Assembly (NCBI GenBank): GCA_963514005.1
Contig: OY740804.1
Coordinates: forward strand, 5,518,001 to 5,582,000
Direction of reading: 5' to 3'
Source of the DNA: Raja brachyura
Lineage: Eukaryota
Length of the DNA stretch: 64,000 nt
Positions 27,101-39,618 of this stretch are shown piece by piece (positions within the stretch are counted from its first letter, which is position 1; every line of letters begins with the position of its first letter). The notes beneath the pieces were generated by a model. That model ran no database searches. It saw nothing but the letters and a program-made list of their open reading frames with translations, and had not been told where the DNA came from. The position numbers were made by a program, and so were the translations under genes.

Positions 27101-28392
27101 TTCCCAATAATTCGAGAATCTTTTGTAATTTTTCCTGTCCTCACTTCCCCTTCAACTCCATCCATATACTCCCAATTTGCCAATCCCTCCCCCCCACTAT
27201 TTAGTTTAATCCTACATGTGTAGCCCTAGCAAACCGGCCTGCCAGTACGTCGGTCCCCCTCCAGTTAAGGTGTAATCCGTCCCTTTTGTGCAGGTTACCC
27301 CTACCCAAGAAGAGATCCCAGTAGTTTATCAATCTAAATCCTTGTTCCCTGCACCAGGCCCTCAGCCACACATTCAGGTCCACGATCTCCCTGTTAGAGT
27401 CCTCACTAGCACGAGGTAATGGAAGCAATCCAGAGATAACTACCCTAGAAGTCCTGCTTTTCAGTCTTCTTCCTAACTCTCTGAACTCACTTTGGAGAAC
27501 CTCCTTCCTCTTCTTCCCGATGTCGTTTGTGCCTACATGCACAACTACTGCTGGCTGTTCACCTTCTCTCTATCTCTATCTCATCTCTAAGAGTGGAGCC
27601 ACCAATGTGTCTGTCGCTTGGACTGGAAGCATCGTCTCCCCCGATAGTTCCCAAGAGAGCGTACCTGTTTTCATTAGGCACAGCCACCTGGGTATCCTGC
27701 ACTCCACGGTTACCACCTTTTCTCTCAGTCACACACCTTTGTTCTTCCCGTATCCTCGGCATGACAACCTCACTGTAGGTCCCGTCCAGGAAACTCTCGT
27801 TTTCCCGGATGGCCCTGATGTCATCCAGCTGCTTCTCCAGTGCCCCAACACGATCCTTCAGGAGCTGAACCTGAACACACTTGCCACAATTGTAGCAGCC
27901 AGAGGCTCCATCCGTGTCCTTGGGCTCTCACAAACATCACCCTGCCTCATCTTACCCGTCATGTGTTCACCGCGCCCCGTCCTCTCCAGCTTCTTGCGTA
28001 GCCTCCTCTCCTCAGCCTCCTCGAAGACACTTGAGCCAAAGACTCACACTTTACTCACAAGGCCGCTCCCTCACTGCCACTCCCCGAGAGCAGCCTTGCT
28101 TATATTGACTGATAAATTGCCTAATTTGCCAATTTACAAACTAAATTCCTCAGATTTAAACATTTTTTTCCCTGTGACTGACACTTTTCCCACGGGCTTC
28201 AGTCAATAAGCTCTTCTCCCTGCTTCTCTTGATTACTGGTTCTCCAAGATCCACATAAGCTCTGAGCTAACACTGGATTTTTGGCAGTCCTTTTAAGCTG
28301 TTTTTCCCCTCTGCTTCAACTTTCCCACAGGTTTCAGCCAATAAGCTCTTCTCCCTGCTCCTCTTGATTGCTGCTTCTCCAAGCACTGGGCT
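24163..28392 (-). mobile_element. Older near-full-length CR1 LINE in the receptor B V-C2 intron
   Basis: Fragmented esterase ORF1 (HVGTND, DGLH) and APE-RT ORF2 (NARS, GDFN, FADD). (aatagac)n tail. Empty site in the paralog near 39086. Confidence 0.93.
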
Positions 28393-28606
28393 CGTTGTGG
28401 ACTCGGTGGGCCAAAGGATCCGTTTCCATGTTGCATTTGTAAACTACAACTAAATATCCGGGTGAACCTCTTCTGCATCCTCTCCAAACCTTTGACATCT
28501 TTTGTTTTATAACGCGGCGACCAGAACTGTGCACCAGACTCCCACCCAACAAATGTTTTGTCCGTTGCCAAAGTGGAGAAATAAAGTCACTCATTGAGAA
28601 ACTTAC

Positions 28607-28924
28607 CTTCGGATACTTGGAGATGTACTTTAAATGTTGGTTTGCCAGGTGTAGTAATTCCACAACTGTACCATCCTGTATCTCCAGAGTGAAGATCCTC
28701 CACAGTCACAGTAAATATTCCTCGCGCCAAGTTATCTGTTATTGACACTCTTCCGCTCGGTCCATATTTCCCATTTGTTTCCACTACATGTGTACACTGG
28801 GGACTTGTCCCAGCGCACCAGTATTTTGTGTCTGAGCGGTAAACTGCTGCATAGTGACAATCGATTGTGATCGTTCTTCCCACAACCCCGCTTACTTCGC
28901 TCTCAGCCCACAGTGCACCTGAAA
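28607..28924 (-). CDS. Receptor B V-set Ig exon (V2 type)
   Basis: 318 nt, phase 1-1. IDCHY, KYWC-x6-C, DTGWYSC. Donor AAG|GTAAGT. Confidence 0.93.
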
Positions 28925-29572
28925 CTGAAAGAAACATCTTTCATAAATTGGTGCAAAATTAGCCTTTCACAGACATATACATTAGCGTATACATCAATGT
29001 GTATAGGGGAGTCCACCCAATGATTTTCTTAACTCTGTTGAATTCCACCTAGATTGCGATGAGAGACAGATACTGTACACCGTCCCTCACCACCTGCACA
29101 GTTCGTTCCAAAGCGCTTCCCAGCCAATGTGGGTGTGAATGGTGAAGAATGATGCAATGAACACGGAGCCTGTTGCATTTGGAAGGCGCTGTCTAGGAAG
29201 TCTTGGTGAGTTGCTGCAGTGCATTGTGGAGATGGTGCAAAGTGCTGCTGCACCAGCGGGGGAGGTTGAGGATGGGGTGTCTATCAAGCGCGATTCTGGG
29301 TCATGACAGACCAAGCACAAGTGTTCAGTTAAACTGTGGCCCAGACCAGTGCTTCTTAAACTGATGAATGGTTCATCCAAGGGTGAATGAAATTATTTTG
29401 GGTTGAATGAGTTAATTTATGTTTTTTGCTCATGTGACAAAATAAATTAAATATAAAATTATACACAAGGGAGAATAAGACGAAAATTACCAAAAAAACA
29501 TAAGAACATGTACTCAAGGGTGAATTAAATGTTGTGATAAAGACTCAAGGGTGAATGACACTGAAATTGTTT

Positions 29573-30260
29573 TAGAAACATAGAAACATGGAAAATAGGT
29601 GCAGGAGTAGGCCATTCGGCCCTTCGAGCCTGCACCGCCATTCAATATGATCATGGCTGATCATCCAACTCAGTATCCTGTACGTGCCTTCTCTCCATAC
29701 CCCCTGATCCCTTTAGCCACAAGTGCCACATCTAACTCCCTCTTAAATATAGCCAATGAACTGGCCTCAACTACCTTCTGTGGCAGAGAATTCCACAGGT
29801 TCATCACTCTCTGTGTGAAAAACATTTTACTCATCTCGGTCCTAAAAGACTTCCCCCTTATCCTTAAACTGTGACCCCTTGTTCTGGACTTCCCCAACAT
29901 CGCGAACAATCTTCCTGCATCTAGCCTCTCCAACCCCTTAAGAATTTTATAAGTTTCTGTAAGATCCCCCCTCAATCTTCTAAATTCTAGCGAGTACAAG
30001 CCGAGTCTATCCAGTCTTTCTTCATATGAAAGTCCTGCCATCCCAGGAATCAGTCTGGTGAACCTTCTCTGTACTCCCTCTATGGCAACAATGTCTTTAC
30101 TCAGATTAGGAGACCAAAACTGTACGCAATACTCCAGGTGTGGTCTCACCAAGACCCTGTACAACTGCAGCAGAACCTCCCTGCTCTTATACTCAAATCC
30201 TTTTGCTATGAATGCTAACATACCATTTGTTTTCTTCACTGCCTGCTGCACCTGCACCTG
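29573..30260 (-). mobile_element. CR1 3' fragment, resuming at about 32231-32345 beyond the nested insertions
   Basis: LVRPHLEYCVQFWSP...FFTQRVMNLWNSLP. Upstream RT piece DTKLGG at about 32330. Confidence 0.9.
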
Positions 30261-30263
30261 CAA

Positions 30264-30720
30264 CAGGCACGTGCCGTCAGGGTAGGCAAGGTAGGCACTG
30301 CCTACCCTGACTAAAATTATGAAATGGCAATTATTAAATATAAATAGTAAAGGCATGGGAGAATTATGCCTATCTAAGAGATCAATCTCCTAGGTAGACA
30401 TAATTCTCCGTGCCTTTCATCTGCAGCACTTGTAACATGTGAAGGTCTGTGCAGCCCACCTGCCGTCAGCGCTGCCTGAGCCATCAGTTTCAAGGGGAGC
30501 AGAAGGCAGCAGAAATTTGCAGCACAGCGCATGCGCAGCATCATACTGCGCATTCGCAGCGTGAGTTTCTTGGCGGGATTTTCAAATATGGATTGCCATT
30601 ATTTTAATAGTATCTCAGGAAACAAAAAGTGAAGAATGGACTTATGGTACCAATAACGTGGTAAGTGCATTTCTTGGCGCTTAATTTTTATAAATACTGT
30701 ATTTCCCGGGGTGGGGGAGA
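30264..30720. mobile_element. DNA transposon terminus, hAT-like
   Basis: Starts CAGGCACGTG with the subterminal hairpin gtcagggtaggca...tgcctaccctgac. No second end found. Confidence 0.45.
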
Positions 30721-31099
30721 GCTCCGTTCACAGTGTTTGGGGAGTCTGGCATTGTGAAGGGGGGGATTGGGGCCAATAACCCACTTGCCACGCTCCGGTC
30801 TGAGTGCAGGTAAATGGGACTAGGTGAGAGTAAGTGTTCGGCACAGACTGAAAGGGCCGAGATGGCCTGTTTCCATGCTGTAATTGCTGTATGGTTTTAT
30901 TGTGGCCGGGGAGTGAATTAGCTTGGGTGGCTGCCGCAGCACTCTGCGCACGAACGGCAGAACTGGCCACCACTTCCGAGGAAGGAAGCAGCTTGGGTGA
31001 CTGACTTTGAGCGGCCACCGGGACTCGACAGCAGAACCGGCTGCCACTTCAGCCCCTTCTGCTGGTCCCCACTCACCTCTGGCAGTGCTCTCCGTCTGA

Positions 31100-32230
31100 A
31101 CATCTCTCAACTGCCGTACTTGGAATGTGTGTGAAGCTCTTATGCTTCTTCGCCAATGGGCTCCTGTTGCAAGCCTATCTCTAGCCAAATTAACCATGAA
31201 TGTGGTCATGCTTATGGCGTTGGTTTTAGCCCAGCGTGTGCAAACATTGCAAAAGCTTCGGCTAGACAGAATGCATGTGTCGGCAGATGCCATTATATTT
31301 TATGTCTATGATTTGCTTAAACTTAGTAGGATAGGCATGACAGGATGTAAGATTGTGTTTTCAGCATACCCCACAGATGATCGCCTGTGTGTAGTTTCAC
31401 ATTTATCTTGTTACATTGAGGCTACCAGAGTCATATGAGGAACAGAGTCTGCATTATTTATTAGCCTAAAAAAACCACACAGTAAGGTGTCGGTGCAAAC
31501 AATCTCAAGGTGGCTAAAGCAGGTTCTGGGAATTGCTGGGATTGCTACTGATAAATTCAAATCTCATTCCACCAGTGCGGCATCAATTTCCGCGGCAAGG
31601 GCGATGGACGTACCGATAGACCATATCCTCGCGGCCGCAGGATGGTCCAGTGCGCTGACCTTTCAAAGGTTTTTATCACAAGCCGATTTCAAGGCTGGGG
31701 GTGTTTGCTGATTCTGTTTTGAGTTCTGTTACAGTTTCCCCCTGAGTTAGAGGGGTTTGTTATGGTTTCGTTAGTAAATAAACTGTTATTCATTTAACAA
31801 ATGTTATTATTGATGCATTATTAATTGTTAACGACTTTTGAGTCAATCGATGCAGTGTGAACGCCGGGTTTGGGTCTGCGGCTGAAATCACAGTGCTTTG
31901 AAGTCTTCACGTAGTCATTCGTGACTCCGAAATAAAATAGTAAGATTAAATGTGAATTTACCAGTTTGAAGTTTGATCTTTATTTTATGAGGAGTTGCAA
32001 TGAGGGATTAGTGCCCTCTGCTCCCAGCCCTCATTGATCTCATCTGGTAGTTCTAGTCTTTGTTATCTTACCATTATACTTCAGTCATTGTTACCAGTGA
32101 GTTCACTCCGCTGCTTTGAAGATTGACGCACCAACGGCTGTACGGGGTTCTTCACATAGTTCCTCATCGCAACTCCTCATAAAATAAAGATCCAACTTCA
32201 AACTGGTAAGTTCTCGTTTAATCTTACTAT
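31100..32230 (+). mobile_element. DIRS-like tyrosine-recombinase retroelement, 3' portion
   Basis: Decayed recombinase: AQRVQTL, ISRWLK, KSHSTS(R)AAS, AAGWSS..TFQRF. Inverted pair at about 31935-32005 and 32160-32230. Confidence 0.85.
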
Positions 32231-32960
32231 TATACTGCATCTGCCATGCATTTGCCCACTCACTCAACCAATCCAAGTAACCCTGCTGCCTCCTAACATC
32301 CTCCTCACAGCGAACACTGCCCCCCAGCTTCGTGTCATACGCAACCTTTGAGAAGGACTGGCCTTGGCTGCGCTTGGTCTCGCTGTTGTAAACCATTCAC
32401 ACTCTCTTCATCACTTCCAATCTGAACATCTCCACACCTACTGGGAGTTTGATAAAGTAAGGGTTATACATGATGGAGTGACGGTCAAGGAGATTCCACT
32501 TTAATTTTGTGAGATTACTGGAATTCCAGTGATTCACACAAATTAACAGAGTTAAAATCATGAACATTATCATGAAATTGTACGTCCTTAGTTATAAATG
32601 TTCATGGATCCAAATAGAATGCATTTGGTGCTTTCTCTGTCTCAAATTGACTGTGAGACCTTAAGCGGCATCCAGAAAATCATATTTAAGGCAGAATGCG
32701 GAAATTTGATGGAATGCACACAACCCGTTGTGATAAGTGCAGTTTGTTCTCTCCTTTCGAAGCTCAACACCTCCCAGGTGAATTATTTGCCAGTCCCCAA
32801 ACAAACTCTCGCAATTTACGCCATGTGCTCATGGTGGCTGCAAAGATGCAGCCTGCAAATACTTAGAAACCCATGAACATCACCACAAGTTGAAAAGCAG
32901 CTGCTCCAAGAACACGAGAGGAATTGTGAAACAGTATTCCCACGGGAAAATAACACTCAC

Positions 32961-33281
32961 CTGTATTGTTGATTTCTGTCACATAACTGCACGTTCCTGC
33001 TCCTTTGAAGACTTTCACGTTGAGTATTTCACTGGGTTTTGTCCCACCATTATTTGAGGCTGTGCAGAAATATTGATTTATTTGACCTCCGAGGATTTCA
33101 CAACTCAGATCCAGTTGATTGCCAGAGGAGATCTGTGACCACCCATACTTGTTCTTCTCACACCATGTGTAATGGATGGGAAGGGATCCACGGACAGACT
33201 CACACGACACTGACACTGAGCCTCCGAGACGTGAGGCATTTGCTGGTGACAGAAATCTGAGCACAGGAGCAGACATGGGTT
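32961..33281 (-). CDS. Receptor B distal C2-type Ig exon (type a)
   Basis: 321 nt, phase 1-1, open frame. SVSCESVRGSLPIHYTWC...QYFCTASN. Donor CAG|GTGAGT. Confidence 0.88.
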
Positions 33282-33859
33282 CTATAGGAATGGAACAAAC
33301 TTTAAGTCACCTGCATGAACAGTTAAAACCCAAACACATGCTAAATCTCAGCAACCCTTTATCTCAGCCCGAACCGTCCGGTTGATATCTCACCGGCTCA
33401 TCTACATCTCTGTGAGTGTGCGAAACCCAGAAACCGAAGAAGGTTAGAGTTATAGAGAACCGAAAGAGGCCCATCACAACAGCTCATTCATGGCGACATT
33501 TCCATATGTCCACGTTTCTCCCTTATCACTCGCAATGATCCCAATCTATGCAACTGTCCAAAATGTATTTTAAATGCTGTTATTCTAACTGCCTCTTCAA
33601 CTTCCTCTGGCAGCAGGTTCCATACACATATCACCCAATGTGTGGAGAATGTTGTCCCTCAGAACAGAAGATGGGATGTTATGTGTCAGTTGTACATATG
33701 TTATTGAGGTCGAACTTGGGCGAATTGTGTTCAGCTTCGGCCACTCATCTGTACAAAACATGCCATTACAGTAAATTACACCGAACTACTCCCCCCTCTT
33801 TAAACAATTCCCATTACGTCTGTTCTCCACTTTCCCATCCCACACAGCTGAAGGCAAGG

Positions 33860-34570
33860 TGACAACGAGGTATATAATCAGTAAAATATAATCATGAGGA
33901 CAGCGAAACTAAATGGCAAACTTGGACGGGGTGGGATGGAGACAGGAGTAAAGCAAGGGTTACTGTAGTTAGAGAAGTCAATATCCAAACCTCTGAGTTG
34001 TAAGCTGCCCAAGCGAAATATGAGGTGCTGTTCATCCAATTTGCGTTTGGCCACACTCTGGCAGTGGAGGTGGTCCAGGCCAGAAAGGTGAGTTTGGGAA
34101 TGGGAGGGGGAGTTGGTGTTTACCAATCGAGAAGTAGCGTACGCTGAGGCAGACTGAGTGGAGTTGTTCAGCGAAACGATCGACGAGTCTGCACTTGGTC
34201 TCCCATCTACTGTATCCGCTTGTTCACACCTGGAAAAGCGGATAGAGTAGATGACATTGGAGGAGATGCAAGTGAACCTCTGCCTCACCCAAAAAGACTG
34301 TTGGAGTCCTTGGACGGAGTGGACGGAGGAGGTATAGGGACAGGTGTTGCATCTGCTGCAGTTGTAGGGGAAGCTATCTGGGGAGGGGGTGGTTTTGTTG
34401 GGAAATGACGAGTTGACCAGGGAATTGCGGAGGGAACGGTCTCTTCGGAAAGCAGAAAGCGGCAAAGATGGAAAGATGTGGCTTATGTGGGATCCCATTG
34501 TAGGTGTTGAAAATGTCGGAGGATTATATGCTGTGTGCGACGGCTGATGGGATGAAAGATGAGTTTATTC
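33860..34570 (-). mobile_element. Penelope-like fragment
   Basis: AFRRDRSLRNSLV, CSRCNTC, FTCISSNVIYSIR, EQHLIFRLG. Paralogous to 41905-42200 and 60500-61590. Confidence 0.8.
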
Positions 34571-35264
34571 TGCTTACCACCGGGGAAATGTCCGGGTGGA
34601 GAGGCTGGCTGCCTGCCAGGCGGTGGGTGGACAGTGGCCGCTGGGGGTGGGGGCGTATTAACGGGACAGAGGGGGAGAGAGAGAGAGCGCGCGGGACTGA
34701 CTGATGCATGAGCTGTGGGTGGGAAACGGGCTGGCCTGCCCCGGGAGGACTGAACGTAGAAGAAGGGTCTCGACCCGAAACGTCGCGTATCTCCTTCGCT
34801 CCTTAGATACTGCTGCACCCGCTGAGTTTCTCCAGTTTTTTGTGCAACCCTCGATTCTCCAGCATCTGCAGTTCCTTCTTGTAACACTGTAGTCTGTTGA
34901 GCTCTGGGGACTGATGCCCTGTTTATTATTCTACGGGTATTCAGACCGCGAGCAAAACTTATATCTCATTGTCGGATTATTAGTTTGAGTGGGAATGCAA
35001 ACCTCTGACAGGGTGACATTTCATACAGTTCAGAGGCAGGGAAATGTGCTGAGCGTCGCACTTGAAGTGGGTGGCCGCTCAGTGGGACAGAGCCCGCACT
35101 GGGTGAGAGCAACATGAGTGGGGTTTCCCGACCCCCGCCCGCTCCCCGCAGGTCTCTGCACTGCTGCGGAGCCGCGGGATATCGGTGCTGCCCTGACCCT
35201 TCCCGGAGAAAACATGGATCAGGCGTTTCAGTGGAGACGTCAAGTCAATCGCTGCGAAACGTAC

Positions 35265-35313
35265 CGTCAGATACTTGGAGATGTACAGAAAATATTGGAT
35301 GGTCGGCAGATGT
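35265..35313 (-). pseudogene. Remnant 3' end of receptor B first V exon (TSADHPIFSVHLQVSD); acceptor and most of the exon deleted
   Basis: Matches the 3' end and donor of the V exon at 62159. At 35314 it jumps to sequence matching the paralogous intron near 43615. Confidence 0.88.
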
Positions 35314-35740
35314 GACTTTACCTTACACTAAACGTTTCCTTTTCGTGTATCTATGCACTGTATGAGGATCGATTGTAATCATGTGTAGTCTTTATGCTGC
35401 TGGTTAGCACGCAACCAAAAAGCGTGTTGCTGCAACTGGGTCCACGTGACAATAAACTATGCTGAACTGGGAGCCAAATGTCCCGCTGCTCATCGGGGAC
35501 AGTTTCTATTCTCAATTTGAACTATCATCATGATTCAATTAGACCACGTGTCAACAGTGGTTAAACTACGAATATAGTCTAGATAATCAAATGTGATTTC
35601 AGATCCATCAACATAACGCACTGGCTTTCATTTCTCCCATTACATGTCTACACATAACTAACCATCTCTGCTGTGGAAAGGGTGCACGGAACCCCAACTA
35701 ACATTGATCATTGGACTATCAACATCTGGTTTTCACTCAC

Positions 35741-35777
35741 CGGGCAGCGAGGAGATGAGAAGAATGGGAAACCACAT
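35741..35777 (-). CDS. Receptor B leader exon MWFPILLISSLP
   Basis: 37 nt, ATG at 35777, donor CCG|GTGAGT. Confidence 0.85.
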
Positions 35778-36164
35778 TGTTTTATCCATAGTTACAAGGC
35801 CAGCACTTGTCTGCCTGTCACTCATCTTTGAGCTCTCAGATACAACCGCATCTCTCAATTAGCAATGAGAAAGAAAGGAACAGGAGGTCAGATCGTGAAC
35901 CACAGCGAGCCAGCAGCAGCTCGACACGTTTTAGTGTGAAAGGCTCAGGGTTATATTTCGCAAATGGTTGGGTCAGATGATCACAGAATCACACAGCACG
36001 GAAACAGGCCCTTCTCCCCGACTCGTTAGACCAATATGCTCATCTAAGTTAGTCAAATTTGTCCACGTTCGACCCATATCTCCACAAACCTTCCCTATCA
36101 ATGAACCCGTCCAAGTGCCCATTACATGTCGTTATTGCATCTGCTTCAACCACTTCGTCAAGTC

Positions 36165-36632
36165 TGATGGCGGGACTGTCATATGCTGAGAGAATGGAGC
36201 AGCTGGGCTTGTACACTCTGGAGTTTTGAAGGATGAGAGGGGATCTCATTGAAACATATAAGATTGTTAAGGGTTTGGGCACGCTGGAGGCAGCAAACAT
36301 GTTCCCGAAGTCGGGGGAGTCCAGAACCAGGGGCCACAGTTTAAGAATAAGGAGTAAACCATTCAGAACGGAGACGAGGATATACTTTTTCTCACAGAGA
36401 GTGGTGAGTCTGTGGAATTCTCTGCAGGGCGGTGGAGGTAGGTTGTCTGGATGCTTTCAAGAGAGAGCTAGATAGGGCTCTTAAAATAGTGGAGTCAGGG
36501 GATATGGGGAGAAGGCAGGAACGGGGTACTGATTGGGGATTGGGGATGATCAGCCATGATCACATTGAATGGCGGTGCTGGCTCGAAGGGCCAAATTGAC
36601 TACTCCTGCACCTATTGTCTATTGTCTATAGT
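36165..36632 (+). mobile_element. CR1 3' fragment inserted about 390 bp upstream of the receptor B ATG
   Basis: RGDLIETYKI...RTRGHSL, (ctattgt)n tail. Absent at the paralogous sites near 44625 and 63293. Confidence 0.9.
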
Positions 36633-37689
36633 CTATCCGTAAGGATGGAGCGGCGGTTATCTCTGGAGTCGGCGACTGTAAACACTGAATGCATTTTTAA
36701 TGCATTTCGTTGTCTCTGTACTGTACACTGACAATGACAATTAAAATTGAATCTGAATCTGAATCTGAATCTGAACAGTGGTAGACAAAAAAAATGCAGG
36801 AGCAACTCTGCGGGCCAGGCAGCTCCTCTGGAGAAAGTGGATAGGTGACGTTTCGGGTCGGGACCCCTCGTGTAATCAATGATACTTTGGATAAAATATA
36901 ATATTTAGAAGAGTAGAAACGTCTAAGCTGTGTACACATCCGGTCATTCCCTCTTGATGATTTTGTAAATGGACCGCAGATCAAAAATGTAATCATTGGA
37001 ACTTTTGTTTTGGTATATTACTGTTGACAAGGGGCAAAACAGGAAGCTGGTGTTAGGAAGTAGGGGCTTTTCACCTGAAACCAGCTGAGGTTAATTGGAG
37101 TATTACACTCTCCTCTATGCTTCAACTCATTAATTCAAACTTTGAAACACTATTGTCGTGATATTCACATTTTGAAATTAACAATAAATGTTGCAGTGGA
37201 CTGTGAAGAAGTATGTCTAGAATTACCACAGGGTGGAGATCAGCTGGGAAAGCGGGAGGTGAAATGTAACTGACGTGTGTAATGTTACTTAAACAAGGGC
37301 AAAGTGATACACTTAGTGAAGTTAAAGCAAGGTAGAATATGCACGGTGAATTGAATTGTTAACTTTGAATAATATTGAATTGTTAATATTGCCATACAGA
37401 GTTAATAAATTAGCAGAGTTGTGTTCATGTACATTCTATTGGTTGATTTTGTACATCTGCTTGCATCGATTTCATTCTGTAGACAACTAGTTGCATTATA
37501 TTATAACCTAATATCTGCTGCTGGCTATCGTTCTGCATGTGTAACTCTCAGGGGAACAGTGCAGTTGAACATATTAGATTAAAGTAAATTGCAAGCCAAA
37601 ACCCACCACTAAAAACAACAGTAGCATCGACCTGAAATGTCACCCATTCTTTCCCTCCAGTGATGCTGCCCGTCCCGCTGAGTTGCATT

Positions 37690-37920
37690 TACTGGATTTT
37701 GTCTAATAATATTGATGATGTTCGCGTTTGAAGGAATGACAATGTAGATCCAAGGCATAGTTGTCTGAGACCTTTGTGTCCACAGGTGGGTTATTTTCAT
37801 ACCAGGTGTGGTTAATGGGAAGGGATCCCCGGAAAGACTCACAGGACACAGTCACTGAGCCCCCGAGACAGGAGACATTGGCTGGTGACAGAAATCCAAG
37901 CACAGAAACAGACAGGGGTT
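37690..37920 (-). pseudogene. Receptor C inactivated C2 (type b) exon
   Basis: Acceptor AG changed to AA. A deletion removes the F-strand Cys, giving QYY-stop. The 3' part is replaced by a repeat. Confidence 0.88.
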
Positions 37921-38496
37921 TTACGGGAAAGGAGCAGATAGTCAGGCACTGAGTGAACATCTGAAAAAGGGACACTTCATCTTCCACCTCATCTGTATCT
38001 CAGCCTCAGGCGCCAGGTTGGAATCTTTCATATGGTCACAGAGCCATATAGCGTAGAAACTGGCCCTTCCCCCCAAATTTCCCGCGCTGACCAACACACC
38101 CAATCGACACTCGTCTTACCAGCCCGTGCTTGGCTCATAACCATCTAAACCTATACTATTCATGTTCTTGTCCAAACGTTTCAGAAACGTTGCGATTTTA
38201 CCGGCCTCAACTACCTCCGTCAGTAGCTCATATACCAAGCACCCATTGTGTAAAAAAAGTTACTCCCCAGGATCTTGTTACATCATTACCCCCTCAACTT
38301 AAAACAATGTCCTCTGGTTCTCGATTCACCTACTCCAGGCAAAAGGCTGTGTGCATTGACTTGATTTATTCCTCGTATGATTGTATACACTTCTATAAGA
38401 TCACCACTCACTATCTTTCCTATAACATGTTGACTAAAACTGATCACAAATCAGACAAATCATGAGATAAACCTTGGTTTCTCTTTTATATGTCAG

Positions 38497-38765
38497 GAAT
38501 TGCCTGCAGGAAAAGGAACATTGGTTATGCAACACTGTCGGACATTCTAAGCAACAAGGAAGCTGCCCATTTGTCTTATCAAAATCAAACTGTGTATGCA
38601 GCAGTGCAATTATGAAGGAAATCGACAGGGACACTCCAGTACAGATGAGGACAATGTCAGCTACTCGGATGTTACATTTCAAAGTGACAGTCAAATTGCC
38701 CGTCAGAAAGCTCCTTCTCCTCACAATCCATTTACCAGATTTACACTTCTCTGGGTCTCTCCATC
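38497..38765 (+). pseudogene. Inverted, decayed ITIM-tail exon relic (copy 2)
   Basis: IGYATL...QTVYAAVQL*RKS...DNVSYSDVTF, with a stop and frameshifts. Paralogous to copy 1. Confidence 0.8.
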
Positions 38766-39300
38766 CTCCCAGCTGCCAGCACTACCATGTCTGCCACTGT
38801 ACCAGTACACAGCAGCACCATCTCTCCTTGTTTTACAATGCCAGCATCTGCAGTTAATCATCTTTTAATCTGAAATTTTGCCACAATCTACAATGCCAAC
38901 ATTCAAACACCTCATTAGTGCAACAGTATCACTATCAACAACTTTTTAATTTCCTTGTATAAAATTGTTGATGGTGATACTGTTGCACTAATGAGGTGAA
39001 CGATTGGTGGTATTGTAGAATGGTGTGTCGGGAGAGAATGGGAAAGTGGAATAACATAGAACTAGTGTGACTGGTGATCGCTAGTCGGTGTGGACTCCAT
39101 GGGCCGAAGAATCCGTTTCCATGTTGCATTTGTAAACTACAACCAAATATCCGGGTGAACCTTTTCTGTAACCTCTCCAAACCTTTCACATCTTTTGATT
39201 TATAAAGCGGCGCCTAGAACGGTGCACCAGACTCCCACCTAACAAATGTTTTGTGCGGACACCAAAGTGGAGACATAAAGTATCTAATTGAGAAAGCTAC

Positions 39301-39618
39301 CTTCAGATACTTGGAGATGTACTTTAAATGTTGGTTCGCCAGGTGCAGTAATTCCACAACGGTACCATCCTGTATCACCAGAGTGAAGATCCTCCACGGT
39401 CACAGTAAATATTCCTCTTGCCGGGTTATCTGTGATTGACACTCCTCCGCTCTCTCCATGTTTCCCATTTGTTTCCACTACATGTGTACACTGGCGACTT
39501 GTCCCAGGGCACCAGTATTTTGTGTGTGAGTGGTACACTGCTGCATAGTGACAATCGATTGCGATCGCTCTTCCCACAACCCCGCTTACTTCGCTCTCTG
39601 CCCACAGTGCACCTGAAA
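39301..39618 (-). CDS. Receptor C second V exon (V2 type)
   Basis: 318 nt, open, close paralog of 28607-28924. Donor weakened to AAG|GTAGCT. Confidence 0.82.

Noticed and set aside
27520-28209. Long plus-strand ORFs (229 aa here; 231 aa at 52466-53161)
   Set aside because: They are antisense shadows of CR1 ORF1.
32598-32876. Plus-strand ORF conserved with 40274-40582 (MDPNRMHLVLSLSQ), including an ag/gt-bounded 15-nt segment
   Set aside because: The similarity is explained by the B/C segmental duplication. The frames diverge after indels and there is no recognisable domain.
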